Below, piece after piece: positions 50,263-61,259 of a DNA stretch of 64,000 nt. How positions within the stretch are numbered: position 1 is the stretch's first letter; every line of letters begins with the position of its first letter. The stretch is from Minisyncoccota bacterium (GTDB lineage Bacteria; Patescibacteriota; Minisyncoccia; UBA6257). The notes below the pieces were generated by a model. That model saw only the letters and a list, made by a program, of their open reading frames with translations. It had not been told where the DNA came from and searched no databases. A program made the translations under genes and the position numbers. The stretch covers positions 706-64,705 of the forward strand of contig JAQVJR010000002.1 in the NCBI GenBank assembly GCA_028695015.1, in the 5' to 3' direction.

Positions 50263-51018
50263 TTAAAATATTTCTATTCCTACTGGACAATGATCAGAAC
50301 CCATTATTTTATCAAGAATAAAAGCATTTTTTATCTCTGAAGCCAAAGGTTCTGAGATAAAGATATAATCTATTCTCCAGCCTAGGTTTCTTTCCCTGGC
50401 TTTGGCAAAATAGGGCCACCAAGTATAATTATTTCCTTGTTTATGAAAGATTCTAAAACTATCTTTAAAACCTAATTGAATAATCTTATCTATTTGTTTT
50501 CTTTCATCTTCTGTGAACATAATACTATTCTTGTTTTCTTCTGGTCTAGCTAAATCAATTTCCTGATGAGCAATATTAAAATCTCCGGTCAGAATAACTT
50601 TTTTATTTTTAATTGTTTTCAAGAGTTTTAAAAGATGATTATAAGCTTTTAATTTATATTCTAAATTTTCTTTTTGTCTGCCACCATGAGGTAAATAAAG
50701 ATTGATTAAAATAAAATCAGAATATTCTAATTTTAAAATTCTACCTTCTTGATCAAATTGCTTAAATCCTAATTTAAAATCAACTTGCTTAGGCTTTTCT
50801 TTAGAATAAACACCAACACCAGCATAACCCTTCTTTTCAGCTGGATTAAGATAAAAAGTATAATCATCAACCTCAGTTAATTCTATTGGTAACTCTTCTC
50901 TTAGCACTCTTGTTTCTTGTAAACAAACAATATCTGCATCAGCCATTTCTAGCCATTGCAAAAAGCCTTTTTTATGAATAGCTCTTAAGCCATTAACATT
51001 CCAACAAAGAATTCTCAT
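50263..51018 (-). CDS. xth: Exodeoxyribonuclease III / AP endonuclease
   Basis: WNVNGLRA, CLQET, GDFNIAH, GWRIDY and SDHCP motifs. Confidence 0.95.
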   Translation of the reverse strand: MRILCWNVNGLRAIHKKGFLQWLEMADADIVCLQETRVLREELPIELTEVDDYTFYLNPAEKKGYAGVGVYSKEKPKQVDFKLGFKQFDQEGRILKLEYSDFILINLYLPHGGRQKENLEYKLKAYNHLLKLLKTIKNKKVILTGDFNIAHQEIDLARPEENKNSIMFTEDERKQIDKIIQLGFKDSFRIFHKQGNNYTWWPYFAKARERNLGWRIDYIFISEPLASEIKNAFILDKIMGSDHCPVGIEIF

Positions 51019-51042
51019 AATTAAAAAGTTAATAAGTTTTCA

Positions 51043-51064
51043 AAAACCGCTCAAAAGCGGTTTT
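51043..51064 (-). terminator. Intrinsic terminator
   Basis: aaaaccgc-tcaaaa-gcggtttt. Confidence 0.65.
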
Positions 51065-51071
51065 ATAATAA

Positions 51072-51932
51072 TCATTTCCCCTTTACCTGATGAACAACTA
51101 CCTGAGGCAAAGGAATCTTTATTTTTTCTTTATCAAAAGCAATTTTAATTCTCTTTCTTAATTCTCCAGTAACTGACCATTGTTTTAAGCTTCTTGTCTC
51201 TCCAACTATCTTAATTATAATTCCAGATTCTCCAAAATTATTCACTCGTAAAAATTGAGGTGTTTTTAAGATATTATCTGCCCACTCTGGGTCCTTAGCT
51301 AAATCTTCACCAACCTTATTAATAACTTTGATAACTTTTTCAAGATTACAGTCATAAGACACTCGAATATCTAAATTAATCCTAGCAAAATACTTAGAAC
51401 GATTTGAAACTTTTTTTATTTCCCCATGAGGAATATGGTGCACTACCCCGTCTAGGTCTCTTAAAGTAGTCATGCGCATAGATATGTCTTCTACACTTCC
51501 GCAAGTACCATCAAAGCAAACCACATCTCCAATTCTGTATTGATTTTCCGCAATAATAAAAAATCCAGTAATTAAATCCCGGATAAGATATTGACCACCA
51601 AATCCCAAAGCTAGTCCTGCTATTCCTGCTGCTGCTAATAAAGGACCAATAGCAATACCTATTTCTTCTAAAACAACAGCCACTGCAACAACAAAAACTA
51701 AGGCATCTAGTAATGAAGAAAAAACACGAATTAAAGTATCTTCTCTTTTCTTCTCTGATTCTTTTTCTTTTTTAGAAACAGAATCAATAACAATAACCCT
51801 TCTAATAATCCTTGCCATGAGAATTTTTCCAAATTTCCTAAAAATCAAGGCGAGAATAATTGTCGCTAAGATATTTGGCCCATGGCTAACAATCCAAGGG
51901 ATAATAATATTGTGTATAATTTCTGTTAACAT
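51072..51932 (-). CDS. mscS: Small-conductance mechanosensitive channel (YbiO/MscS family)
   Basis: AGIAGLALGFGGQ.LIRD, ENQYRIGD and IPHG motifs. Confidence 0.9.
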   Translation of the reverse strand: MLTEIIHNIIIPWIVSHGPNILATIILALIFRKFGKILMARIIRRVIVIDSVSKKEKESEKKREDTLIRVFSSLLDALVFVVAVAVVLEEIGIAIGPLLAAAGIAGLALGFGGQYLIRDLITGFFIIAENQYRIGDVVCFDGTCGSVEDISMRMTTLRDLDGVVHHIPHGEIKKVSNRSKYFARINLDIRVSYDCNLEKVIKVINKVGEDLAKDPEWADNILKTPQFLRVNNFGESGIIIKIVGETRSLKQWSVTGELRKRIKIAFDKEKIKIPLPQVVVHQVKGK

Positions 51933-51983
51933 AATATTTATTTAATTTATTATAACAAAAGAATTATTAAAATCAAAAAAGAC

Positions 51984-53186
51984 CTAGGCTTCACAATAAT
52001 ACTCACCAAACATGTTTTTAACTTTCCAAGGCTTTCCTTCTTTAATAAACAACTTAGCCACCCTGGCTTTATCAGTATAATGCAAGATTTCTTCTCCTAT
52101 GGTATTTAATTTTTCACCAATATCTTCTATTGCTATCTTAAACTTTTTGGGTGCTTGCGCTCCCCAAAGAATTACTTCATCCCCTATCTTCACTTGATTA
52201 ATATTAGTAATATCAACCATTAATTGATCCATACAAACCCTACCTATAATTGGCGCTAATTTACCTTTAATTAGCACCTGGCCTGAGTTAGATAATAATC
52301 GTGAATATCCATCTGCATATCCCACAGGTAGAGTAGCAACAATAATGTCTTTTTTTGCTTGATAAGTATTGCCATATCCAATAAAACTACCTGCTTTAAC
52401 TTTTTTAATAAAAAACACTTGGGTTTTAAAAGTTAATGCTGGAATTAAATTGATTTTTTTATTAACATCTGCTGAAGGATATAAGCCATATAAAATACAC
52501 CCTGGGCGCACCATATCTAGCCAAGTTTCTGGTAAATCTAATATGGCACCACTATTAGCTATATGAGAACAAAATGCACTAGGATGATAAACCTTGTTAA
52601 ATAAATCCTTAACTTCTTTAAAGAGTTTAGATTGATAAAATGAATAATCTTTATTACTTTCATCAGCTGTTGAAAAATGGGTAAATATTCCTGTGATTTC
52701 AATATTGTGCAAATTTTTTAATTTAGAAAAAAAAGCTTTTGCCTCAGAAGGTTTTATACCTAAGCGCCCCATCCCTGTATCTATTTTCAAATGTGCTTTT
52801 ATTCTTTTATTAAACTTCTTAGCAATTTCATTAACTTTATAAGCAGTATCAATATCACCAATCGTGGCCATTATTTCATAATTTAAATATAGCTTAACAT
52901 GCTCTTCTAAAATTACTCCTAAGACTAATATTGGGGCCTTGATGCTATTTTCTCTTAACATAATTGCCTCTTCTATTCTAGCAACTCCTAGCTGATCAAC
53001 ACCATTTTCTAAGATTAATCTTGATACCTCAGTAGCATCATGCCCATAACCATTGCCTTTAACAATACCCATAACTTTTACTTGTTTTCCAACTAATTTC
53101 TTTATGCTTTGTGCATTATGTTTTATTGCATCCAAATCTATTTCCAGCCATGAAAACCCTAATGTTTTTATCGTCTTTTGATTCAT
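51984..53186 (-). CDS. alr: Alanine racemase
   Basis: VKGNGYGH (PLP lysine), KIDTGMGRLG, GYADG and GRVCMDQ motifs. Confidence 0.95.
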   Translation of the reverse strand: MNQKTIKTLGFSWLEIDLDAIKHNAQSIKKLVGKQVKVMGIVKGNGYGHDATEVSRLILENGVDQLGVARIEEAIMLRENSIKAPILVLGVILEEHVKLYLNYEIMATIGDIDTAYKVNEIAKKFNKRIKAHLKIDTGMGRLGIKPSEAKAFFSKLKNLHNIEITGIFTHFSTADESNKDYSFYQSKLFKEVKDLFNKVYHPSAFCSHIANSGAILDLPETWLDMVRPGCILYGLYPSADVNKKINLIPALTFKTQVFFIKKVKAGSFIGYGNTYQAKKDIIVATLPVGYADGYSRLLSNSGQVLIKGKLAPIIGRVCMDQLMVDITNINQVKIGDEVILWGAQAPKKFKIAIEDIGEKLNTIGEEILHYTDKARVAKLFIKEGKPWKVKNMFGEYYCEA

Positions 53187-53258
53187 TTTATCTATGAAAA
53201 GTTAGGTTTGTATTTATTATTATAACTTACCTAATTCTTTATATCAAAATTGAATTTT

Positions 53259-53289
53259 AAAAGGCGCTATATTTTAGCGCCTGTTTTTT
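53259..53289 (-). terminator. Intrinsic terminator after the sigma gene
   Basis: aggcgcta-tattt-tagcgcct flanked by A/T tracts. Confidence 0.7.
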
Positions 53290-53303
53290 AATTTGCCCTC
53301 CTT

Positions 53304-54230
53304 TTAAAATAAGTCAAAGTATAATTTTAGATTTTTTTTACAACAAACTCTATAAAGCTTTTTTAGAATCTCTTCTTGGATTTGACGGATTCTTTCTCGA
53401 GTCAATTTAAAATAATCTCCAATTTCTTGAAGGGTATAAATTCTCCCTTCAAAAAATCCACACCTGGCCATAATTATAATTCTTTCTTTTTTAGTTAAAT
53501 ATGTATTAAATATTCTCCTTATCTCTTCTCTTAATTCTTTTTCTTCTATCTGTGCGGCCACAGATTGGTTTTGTTCCGCTATAACATCTAATAGCCCTTC
53601 TCTGTCTCTTAGCTTTAGATCTTGTTCTAAAGAAGGATTATAAAACCCAATATCAAAAGATCTTATTAACGCAGAACTAACTCCATCCTTTCCTTTCTTA
53701 ATTGTATGCATCTCTCTATGACTCAATCCCATCATCCTTCCTACTTCCTGATCAGTAGGAATATACCCCTCTGAATGAATAATTTCTTCTTTTTTCTTAT
53801 TAAGCTTCATGATTTTCTCTCTTAAAGAAAGAGGGATTCTGATTGTTTGAGAACTATTACCTATGCCTCTTAAAATATAGTGCCTAATCCACCAAGTAGC
53901 ATAGGTAGAAAAAGTAAACCCTTTTTGCCATTTATAACGGTTTATAGCTTCTTCCAAGCCTAATAACCCTTCTTGAACTAAGTCCTCATAATCTAGGCTT
54001 CCTAAAAGATTTCTGGGACAAATAATTGTGAAACGACTAGCTGTTTTAAAAACAAGCCTCCTGTTCATTTCCCAGAGATAATTCCTTATTTCTGCTGCTT
54101 CTCTTTTATTTCTTTTTTCTAATTCCTCCTTTTTCTGAAATAATTCTAGAGTTTCCTTGTGAGTTAGAATTTTGTAATCCTTAGAGTAAAAACTACCTTG
54201 ACTTTTGTTTTGTAAAAGAGCCGTCTTCAT
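53304..54230 (-). CDS. Divergent RpoD/SigA-family sigma70 factor lacking region 1.1
   Basis: DLVQEG, FSTYATWWIR, TIRIP and TLQEIG…TRERIRQI motifs. Confidence 0.88.
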   Translation of the reverse strand: MKTALLQNKSQGSFYSKDYKILTHKETLELFQKKEELEKRNKREAAEIRNYLWEMNRRLVFKTASRFTIICPRNLLGSLDYEDLVQEGLLGLEEAINRYKWQKGFTFSTYATWWIRHYILRGIGNSSQTIRIPLSLREKIMKLNKKKEEIIHSEGYIPTDQEVGRMMGLSHREMHTIKKGKDGVSSALIRSFDIGFYNPSLEQDLKLRDREGLLDVIAEQNQSVAAQIEEKELREEIRRIFNTYLTKKERIIIMARCGFFEGRIYTLQEIGDYFKLTRERIRQIQEEILKKLYRVCCKKNLKLYFDLF

Positions 54231-54301
54231 TAGAATATTCCTCCTTTTTATTTCTAATGATTTATTTTAATAATAATAACATCTTTAATTAAAAGTGTAA
54301 A
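54231..54301 (-). promoter_or_regulatory. sigma70-type promoter and SD for the sigma gene
   Basis: TTTACA-N17-TATTAT, then ATCATTAGAAAT and AGGAGG. Confidence 0.62.
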
Positions 54302-54402
54302 GAGTTTCAAAATAATAAACTATTATCTTTTCTATTTAAATACTTAAATCACAAAACATAAATGCTATATTATTCTAATATTAAAACCAATGACCATAAA
54401 AC

Positions 54403-54430
54403 AAAACGAGCTTAGGTTAAGCTCGTTTTT
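54403..54430 (-). terminator. Intrinsic terminator
   Basis: aaaacgagctt-aggtt-aagctcgtttt. Confidence 0.72.
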
Positions 54431-54443
54431 ATTCTCATTGCTT

Positions 54444-55121
54444 TTATTTGCCTAGCTTTTTATAACATAACCACCAATCATAACATTCAAATTCTCCTTT
54501 TTTACTTTTTTCTAATCTTTCTTTTGCTGTTTTAACATCAGTTGCTGGAGGAATAATTACCTGATCATCAATAATTTCATTTTCTGGCCAATTAGCTGGA
54601 ATAGCTACTTTGTGTTTATCAGCTATTTGCATAGCCTTAACCACACGAACAATCTCATCCATATTACGACCTAGTTCTTGAGGGTAATATAGTATTATTC
54701 TAATCCTACTCTCACCATCTACCACAAAGACTGCTCTCACTGTATTGGTGCCCTTTCCAGGATGAACTAAACCTAATTTACTAGCTACTTGCCCAGTATC
54801 AGCAATAATGGGAAAAGTAATTTCCACATCTAATTTTTCCTGAATCCATTCTTCCCATTTGATATGAGAAAAAACCTGATCCACACTCATGCCTATTAAT
54901 TCACAATTTAATTCTTTAAATTGGTCATATCTTTTTTGAAAAGCCACAAATTCTGTTGTGCAAACAGGCGTAAAATCTGCTGGATGGCTAAAAAGAACAA
55001 ACCATTTACCAGAAAGATCGTGAGGCAATTTCATTATACCTCTAGTAGTGACCACTTCCATTTCTGGAAATTTATCACCTAATAAAGGCATGCTTTGTTG
55101 TTTTTCTAAGTTATTATCCAT
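54444..55121 (-). CDS. Peroxiredoxin (Prx6 / archaeal-type subfamily)
   Basis: [21 protein letters not shown] and CYDWWLC motifs; start at ATG 55121. Confidence 0.93.
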   Translation of the reverse strand: MDNNLEKQQSMPLLGDKFPEMEVVTTRGIMKLPHDLSGKWFVLFSHPADFTPVCTTEFVAFQKRYDQFKELNCELIGMSVDQVFSHIKWEEWIQEKLDVEITFPIIADTGQVASKLGLVHPGKGTNTVRAVFVVDGESRIRIILYYPQELGRNMDEIVRVVKAMQIADKHKVAIPANWPENEIIDDQVIIPPATDVKTAKERLEKSKKGEFECYDWWLCYKKLGK

Positions 55122-55289
55122 TTTTAATTTAAAATTAATGTTTAACAACGACCTTTATCGATAAATACCAATAATACTTAATAAGAATACCAGAAATCAT
55201 TTTTTTATCAAGCTATTTATTCTGTTTTCTAAGTTGCGTTTTTCAAATAATTCTTGTATGATCTTAGTAAAGAATATTTAACTAAATTT

Positions 55290-55607
55290 ATGTTTAAATC
55301 TGGTTTTGAAAATATACCTGAAAAAAGAATAGCTGTAAATAATAGCGAACAAGAAGCACCAATAAATCCAGAAATAGATAAAATATCAGAAACAGAGCAA
55401 CAATTAGAAAATCAAATAAATCTTATTAATTTAAATATTGGTGATGAATTTTTAATCCCTGAGACAGACATTGAATACAAAGTTTTAGTAAAATACGCAA
55501 AAGACAGAATCACCGCTAGAGAAAAAGGAACACCTAATATCATTACTTTTAACGGAGAATTAAAAGTAATTCCTGTTTCAACAAAAAAACAAGAAAAACC
55601 TGAATAA
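55290..55607 (+). CDS. Hypothetical protein
   Basis: ORF from ATG 55290, followed by a bidirectional terminator. Confidence 0.55.
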   Translation: MFKSGFENIPEKRIAVNNSEQEAPINPEIDKISETEQQLENQINLINLNIGDEFLIPETDIEYKVLVKYAKDRITAREKGTPNIITFNGELKVIPVSTKKQEKPE

Positions 55608-55629
55608 TAGATTTCAATTATTTATTATT

Positions 55630-55651
55630 AAAAACCGCCTAAGGCGGTTTT
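55630..55651. terminator. Bidirectional intrinsic terminator
   Basis: aaaaccgcc-taa-ggcggtttt. Confidence 0.78.
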
Positions 55652-55660
55652 AATTTTTAT

Positions 55661-55960
55661 CTAACCTTTCTTATCAAGCTTGTCTAGTTTCAACCATTTA
55701 AACCCAAAATATACAACAAGAGCAATTATGAGAAAATCTATAATCACACTAATAAAGTCTCCATATAGAATTTGAGCTGAACCAAGATTAAAACTTGCTG
55801 CTTTTAAGCCTTCAGCTGCACCAAGAACTAGACCAAGAATTGGATTAATAATATCAGTAACTAGAGCTGAAACAACCTTAGAAACCGCACCACCAAGGAT
55901 AAACCCTATTGCTAATCCAATAACCCCTTGTTTACGAATAAAATCTATAAATCCTTCCAT
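55661..55960 (-). CDS. mscL: Large-conductance mechanosensitive channel (short form)
   Basis: F..FI…VIGLAIGFILG…LVTDIINP…YGDFI..IIDFLIIA motifs. Confidence 0.9.
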   Translation of the reverse strand: MEGFIDFIRKQGVIGLAIGFILGGAVSKVVSALVTDIINPILGLVLGAAEGLKAASFNLGSAQILYGDFISVIIDFLIIALVVYFGFKWLKLDKLDKKG

Positions 55961-58656
55961 GTTTTTAATTTTTTAATTACGACCTTTTGATTATTAGTTA
56001 TAAAATATTTCTGTTTGTAAAACTCAATTAATAAAATTTCTATAAAGCTAAAGCATAATATTGTCACCCAAGCACTAATGCCTAAAGGTTGAGTCGCTAA
56101 GATTTTCTGTAAAGGTGGAAGATAAACAGCAACTAAGATCAAAAAGAGAGCAATGATTACAGCACCAGTTAAATACCAATTAGAAAATATATCTCTTCTA
56201 AACATGGTTTTCTTTAAAGAACGGATACTAAAAACAAGAACTAAAGGATCTAAGCATAATAAAACAAAAGTCATTGTTTGAGCCAAACCTAAATCTCCAG
56301 TAAATTTCCACAAAACAAAGAAAAAGAAAAAAGCAGCCAAACCAGAAATAAAAAACAATGATGTCATCCATTTTTTCATTGGTTTGTTTAACATAGATTC
56401 TTTTGGATCTCTTGGTTTTTCCTCCATCATTCCTTCAATCTCCTGCTCTGCTGTTAAGGCAATATCTGGAAAACCATTAACTACTAAATTAATCCAAAGG
56501 ATTTGAGCTGGGATTAAAGGCAAAGGTGATCCCACTACCATACAACCTAAAAATAGAACCAATTCAGCAAAATCATCTGAGACCATATAAATAAAAAGCT
56601 TGCGAATATTTTCAAAAATCACTCTACCCTGTTCAATAGCTTTTAAAATAGTTTTAAAATTATCATCAATTAAAACTAAATCAGCGACTTCTTTTGCCAC
56701 ATCAGTACCTGAGCCAACAGCAACCCCAATATCTGCTGTTTTTAATGCTGGAGCATCATTTACTCCATCGCCAAACATAGCCACTACCTCGTCATTGTAT
56801 TGCAAAGCCCTAACAATACGAAGCTTATGATAAGGTGAAACCCGAGCATAAATAGTTACATATTTAGATTTTTCTCTTAATTCTTCATCACTCATTATTT
56901 CTAATTCTTTTCCTTCTATTATCTTATCTTTAGTAGCAGCAATACCTATCTCTTCAGCAATGGTTTTAGCTGTTAATTTATGATCCCCTGTTACAATTAC
57001 TGTCCGAATACCTGCTTTTTTGGTAGTCAGAATAGATTCTTTTGCATCTTGGCGAAGAGGGTCTTTTAGAGCTATAAAACCAACTAAAGACAAGCCATCA
57101 ACTAAATCTATTAAGTTTTTGTATTCTGTTTGAGCATCATAATTTCTATAAGCGCAAGCAAGTACTCGCAATCCTTTTTTAGTTAAAACTTCTAATTTAT
57201 CAATTAATTTATTAGCCTCTTCTGTGCCTAATCTTACCTTTCTCCCATCAATATCTAAATTAACTGAACGAGCAATAATCTCCTCTGGAGCACCAACAAC
57301 ATAAAGAGCACTTTTATTCTTTTCTATCCTATGAAAAGTAGCGGTAAATTTATTTTCTGATTCAAAACTAATTCTGTCTAATATTGGATATTGTTTTTCA
57401 AGTTTCTTTTTATTCAAACCCAAATGCATTCCTGCTAATAGCAAAGCCGTTTCTGTTGACCTGCCTCTAACTATCCATTGCTCTAATTCCTCTTCTGGGT
57501 TTTCCACATAAGAATCATTGGCTAAGGTGGCAATTTTTAAAGCTAAGATATAAGATTCAGCCCCTTCAATATTTTCATCTTTAATAAATCCATCAAAATC
57601 ATTGCCCATTAATTCCTTAGTGCTAGTTAAAACATGACTCACTTGCATCTTACCCTCAGTTAAAGTTCCTGTTTTATCAGTACAAATAACTGTTACCCCA
57701 CCCAAGGTTTCAGCGGCTACTAGCCTTTTAACTAAACCATTTTGATTAAATATCCGTCTCATTCCTAAAACCAAGACCACTGTGATTGCTGGGGGTAATC
57801 CTTCTGGTATTGCTGAAACTGCTAAAGCTAGAGCAGTTACAAATATATCAGTAAAAGGTTTTCCAGTTAAGGTACCTACAACAACAATCACAAAAATAAC
57901 TGAAAGAATGAATAAACCAGCTATCTTTGCCAGTGAATTAATCTGTCGTTGAAAAGGTGTATTTCGTTCTTTAGTTTCTTTTAAAAGAGCTACTATCTTA
58001 CCCATTTCTGTATCAATACCAGTAGCTACAATTACCACTAAAGCCCTCCCTTCTTCCACTATAGTGCCCATAAAGACCATATTGGTTCTTTCTGAAATAG
58101 GAGCATTCTTATGTAAATTATCGACTGCTTGCTTATCAACTGCTTGTGATTCACCAGTTAAACTAGCCTCATTCATTTTCAATCTCTTTGATTTTATTAT
58201 CCGCCCATCAGCAGGCACCCTATCCCCTGTTCTAAGAATAATCACATCACCAACCACTAGTCTTTCACTATTAATTTCCCTCTCATTGCTATTTCTGAAA
58301 ACTCTAGCCTTAATTTTCATCATCTTTTTCAAAAGAGATAATGATTCATTAGCCCTGTATTCTTGATAAAAACCAATCGTGGTGTTAATCATCAAAACAA
58401 TGATAATAAAGATAGAATCAAAGTAGTGTTTTAAAACAAAAGAAATCAAAACTATAATCAACAAGAAATATATTAAAGGATTATTAAACTGGCTAAAAAA
58501 TAACTGTATTTTTGAATAAGGTTTTTCTTGAGGTAAAAGATTAGGCCCGTCTTTTTTAAGTCGACGAGCAGCTTCTTTTTTCGTTAATCCTATTTCCTTG
58601 CTTCTAGTTTCGAAAAAAACATCAGCAATAGGTTTTGAATGCCATTTTTTACTCAT
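55945..58656 (-). CDS. P-type cation-transporting ATPase (P2A, Ca2+-type)
   Basis: TGES, IPEGLP, DKTGT, TGD, GDGVND and QILWINLV motifs. Confidence 0.93.
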   Translation of the reverse strand: MSKKWHSKPIADVFFETRSKEIGLTKKEAARRLKKDGPNLLPQEKPYSKIQLFFSQFNNPLIYFLLIIVLISFVLKHYFDSIFIIIVLMINTTIGFYQEYRANESLSLLKKMMKIKARVFRNSNEREINSERLVVGDVIILRTGDRVPADGRIIKSKRLKMNEASLTGESQAVDKQAVDNLHKNAPISERTNMVFMGTIVEEGRALVVIVATGIDTEMGKIVALLKETKERNTPFQRQINSLAKIAGLFILSVIFVIVVVGTLTGKPFTDIFVTALALAVSAIPEGLPPAITVVLVLGMRRIFNQNGLVKRLVAAETLGGVTVICTDKTGTLTEGKMQVSHVLTSTKELMGNDFDGFIKDENIEGAESYILALKIATLANDSYVENPEEELEQWIVRGRSTETALLLAGMHLGLNKKKLEKQYPILDRISFESENKFTATFHRIEKNKSALYVVGAPEEIIARSVNLDIDGRKVRLGTEEANKLIDKLEVLTKKGLRVLACAYRNYDAQTEYKNLIDLVDGLSLVGFIALKDPLRQDAKESILTTKKAGIRTVIVTGDHKLTAKTIAEEIGIAATKDKIIEGKELEIMSDEELREKSKYVTIYARVSPYHKLRIVRALQYNDEVVAMFGDGVNDAPALKTADIGVAVGSGTDVAKEVADLVLIDDNFKTILKAIEQGRVIFENIRKLFIYMVSDDFAELVLFLGCMVVGSPLPLIPAQILWINLVVNGFPDIALTAEQEIEGMMEEKPRDPKESMLNKPMKKWMTSLFFISGLAAFFFFFVLWKFTGDLGLAQTMTFVLLCLDPLVLVFSIRSLKKTMFRRDIFSNWYLTGAVIIALFLILVAVYLPPLQKILATQPLGISAWVTILCFSFIEILLIEFYKQKYFITNNQKVVIKKLKTWKDL

Positions 58657-58819
58657 GAATCTATTTTATCAAAAAATCATTCTTTTATAAAATTAATCAA
58701 CAGCAAATAACTCATTTTCTCTAATAGAAGACTCTAAAAGACTTTTTATAAAAGGATTTTTAAATTGACTTTGGTATATTCTTAAAGCTTTTTCCTTGTT
58801 TTCTTTAATATTTCTCTCA

Positions 58820-59164
58820 TTATAATCCTAATATTTTCTTTAAAGCTACAGCATTATTATGCTTAATATCACTAGCTGAATACAATAAAGTTACTTTTTT
58901 CTTTTTTTTAATAATCTCTTTTAATTCATTAACGATTTCCTTTTTCAATTTTAACTCTTCTTTGTACCTTTTTTGAAATTCTATCCATTTCTTTGGATCG
59001 TGATTAAACCATTGACGTAATTCATTACTAGGTGATATTTCTTTAAACCATACATCTATCTTAGCTTTTTCCTTAGATATTCCCCTGGGCCAGAGATGAT
59101 CTATTAATATCCGATACCCATCATCTTTCTCTAATTTCTCATAAATTCTTTTAATTTTAATCAT
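58820..59164 (-). CDS. DUF488 (YeaO-like) protein
   Basis: IKRIY, DGYRIL..LWPRG, PS.ELR.WF.H and HNNA motifs. Confidence 0.9.
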   Translation of the reverse strand: MIKIKRIYEKLEKDDGYRILIDHLWPRGISKEKAKIDVWFKEISPSNELRQWFNHDPKKWIEFQKRYKEELKLKKEIVNELKEIIKKKKKVTLLYSASDIKHNNAVALKKILGL

Positions 59165-59248
59165 ATTTTAAAAGTTTTATTAAACTTTGGTGTAATTCTA
59201 TCAAAAAATCACCAAAAAGGCGATTTTTATTATTAAAGGATTTGAGGT

Positions 59249-60109
59249 TTATTTTATGTTTTCTATTACTTTCTTAAGATATTCTTCATCAATTTGCTTA
59301 TTATTATCCACATATTGTTTTGCAATTTTGTATAACTCATAAGCAATAAATTTTCTCCATTCTAATACATTCTTAGGTTTTGATTTAAAAGAAATAACTT
59401 TTGTTTTAAAATGTTTTTCACCTAAATAGCCTTCTGGAATAAATGAACTAATCAATAATTCTTCAAAAAACATTCTACCTAGCATATTCTTTTCTAATTT
59501 TATTAATAATTTATTGTTTTCCTTAGCTATCTTTTTAATTTTTAAAAACAAATCTTCATTCTTTCTTAACATTAAATGAAAAAATTCATGGGCTAAAACT
59601 GCTAAAGGAAAAAAATCCTTAGGGATTTGAAGATTAAAAGGAATTTCAACTACAATAAAACTATTTTTTGGTTCCCAAGAAAACCAAGCATTTATCTCTT
59701 TATTTTTGCTTGTTAAATCAGAAACAAGATAAACAGGTATTTTGGAAATTGAAAAACTTTTTATTCCACTTAATTTTTCTATTTCAAAGATTACTTTTTG
59801 AAATAAAGATTCATTTTCTAGAAAATATTGTTGCCATGAAAGTAAATGCTTATATGCCTTATGCCAATGTATATTAAATTTTTGATCTAGTAAACCAATA
59901 GAATTTTGTATTTCTTTTACTTTTTCTTTCCCAACATTCTTTTCAATCTGTTTCCATATTTTATCATCACTTTTTCCATAAAAAGACAAACTGACTTTTT
60001 CATCTAGTAAATATTTTTGCAAACCAGATTTGATAAATCCTACTTTATTTGATTTTTGTATAAAAAATAAGGTGTTACACAAACGAGAAATTTTAATTGA
60101 TAAATCCAT
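59249..60109 (-). CDS. Hypothetical protein with HExxH motif
   Basis: VLAHEFFH followed by a downstream FEE. Confidence 0.65.
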   Translation of the reverse strand: MDLSIKISRLCNTLFFIQKSNKVGFIKSGLQKYLLDEKVSLSFYGKSDDKIWKQIEKNVGKEKVKEIQNSIGLLDQKFNIHWHKAYKHLLSWQQYFLENESLFQKVIFEIEKLSGIKSFSISKIPVYLVSDLTSKNKEINAWFSWEPKNSFIVVEIPFNLQIPKDFFPLAVLAHEFFHLMLRKNEDLFLKIKKIAKENNKLLIKLEKNMLGRMFFEELLISSFIPEGYLGEKHFKTKVISFKSKPKNVLEWRKFIAYELYKIAKQYVDNNKQIDEEYLKKVIENIK

Positions 60110-60163
60110 ATAAGCTATTATAATGACTGAAAAGGAAATTATATATTTTTTTAATGCATAAAT

Positions 60164-61189
60164 CTAACAATAGGGATTAAAATCTGGATGTTTTATTAAA
60201 TAATCTTTCAAGTAATTTAATGCTTTATCATTGTATTTCGGCAAACCATTGCCGGAACGGCTAATTTTAATTTTAGTACAATAGTCAAGATCTTCAATTA
60301 TATTTAATTTTCTTACCATTCTTGATATAAAAGACCTATTTTTATTTAACTTTTCAGATAAGTCGGTCGTAAAATATGGATAATCAATATTTAGATCCGT
60401 CTTTTTTATCAAAACAGGAGCCAAAGGATCTTTTGTTTTTTTAATTTCTATTTCGGGCTTATACCCTCGTGCTACGACAACAGGTATAAATCTTATATCC
60501 TCTTGCTTCATTATATAATCATAAATGCTCAAATGACGACTAATTCTAGATTTTCGAGGCAATTTCCTTATGCTTTCCTTCCACTTATCATAACTTTTCA
60601 TTCTCCCACTTGTTTTCTTTTCACTAAATTCACAAGCCCTATCAAGCAAATATAATAGTTTATTATTTTTATTTCCTAATAGTTTTGAATTAGATAAAAG
60701 CTTAGACACTTTATGTGAATAAAAAGTAAATTCCTTAAAAGAAATCGCCAAAAAATTTTTATCAAAATCTGAAAAATATGTTTTAAATTTTTCTTTCAAA
60801 ATTCTATGAAAAGTATATAGCGAAAAATACAAAAGATGAATAATAATTTCTTGATCTATCTTTGGTAAAATTCCATGCAACGCTTCATTTCTCAATGAAA
60901 TAGTTTGTTGCATTGTTTTATTTTCTTCTAAACTCAGTAATTTTAATTGGTGAAATAATTTATTAACTGCCTTTTCTACTGTTATCGTAGTTCCATCACT
61001 ATTGTAGATATTGATTTTATTTCGTATCAACAATCCTTTTGCTAATAACTCCCAAGATTGTGAATTAAAAATTAAAGCTGCTTGGTTAGAATGCTCTGAA
61101 TCAATTCGATTAAACATTTCAATGCTTAATTTAGCAGCTTTTATTGAAGTTAGGACATGATAGCGATACTTTGGGACAGGATTTACCAT
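60164..61189 (-). CDS. DUF3644-like HEPN-domain protein
   Basis: IEMFNR…SWELLAK…LRNEALH (RxxxxH) motifs; C-terminal YPY wHTH-like region. Confidence 0.72.
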   Translation of the reverse strand: MVNPVPKYRYHVLTSIKAAKLSIEMFNRIDSEHSNQAALIFNSQSWELLAKGLLIRNKINIYNSDGTTITVEKAVNKLFHQLKLLSLEENKTMQQTISLRNEALHGILPKIDQEIIIHLLYFSLYTFHRILKEKFKTYFSDFDKNFLAISFKEFTFYSHKVSKLLSNSKLLGNKNNKLLYLLDRACEFSEKKTSGRMKSYDKWKESIRKLPRKSRISRHLSIYDYIMKQEDIRFIPVVVARGYKPEIEIKKTKDPLAPVLIKKTDLNIDYPYFTTDLSEKLNKNRSFISRMVRKLNIIEDLDYCTKIKISRSGNGLPKYNDKALNYLKDYLIKHPDFNPYC

Positions 61190-61259
61190 AAAACTATTTT
61201 TTGAAAATCAAAATATTAAAATTCTAAATTAAATAATAATTATATCAAATTAGTTTTAT

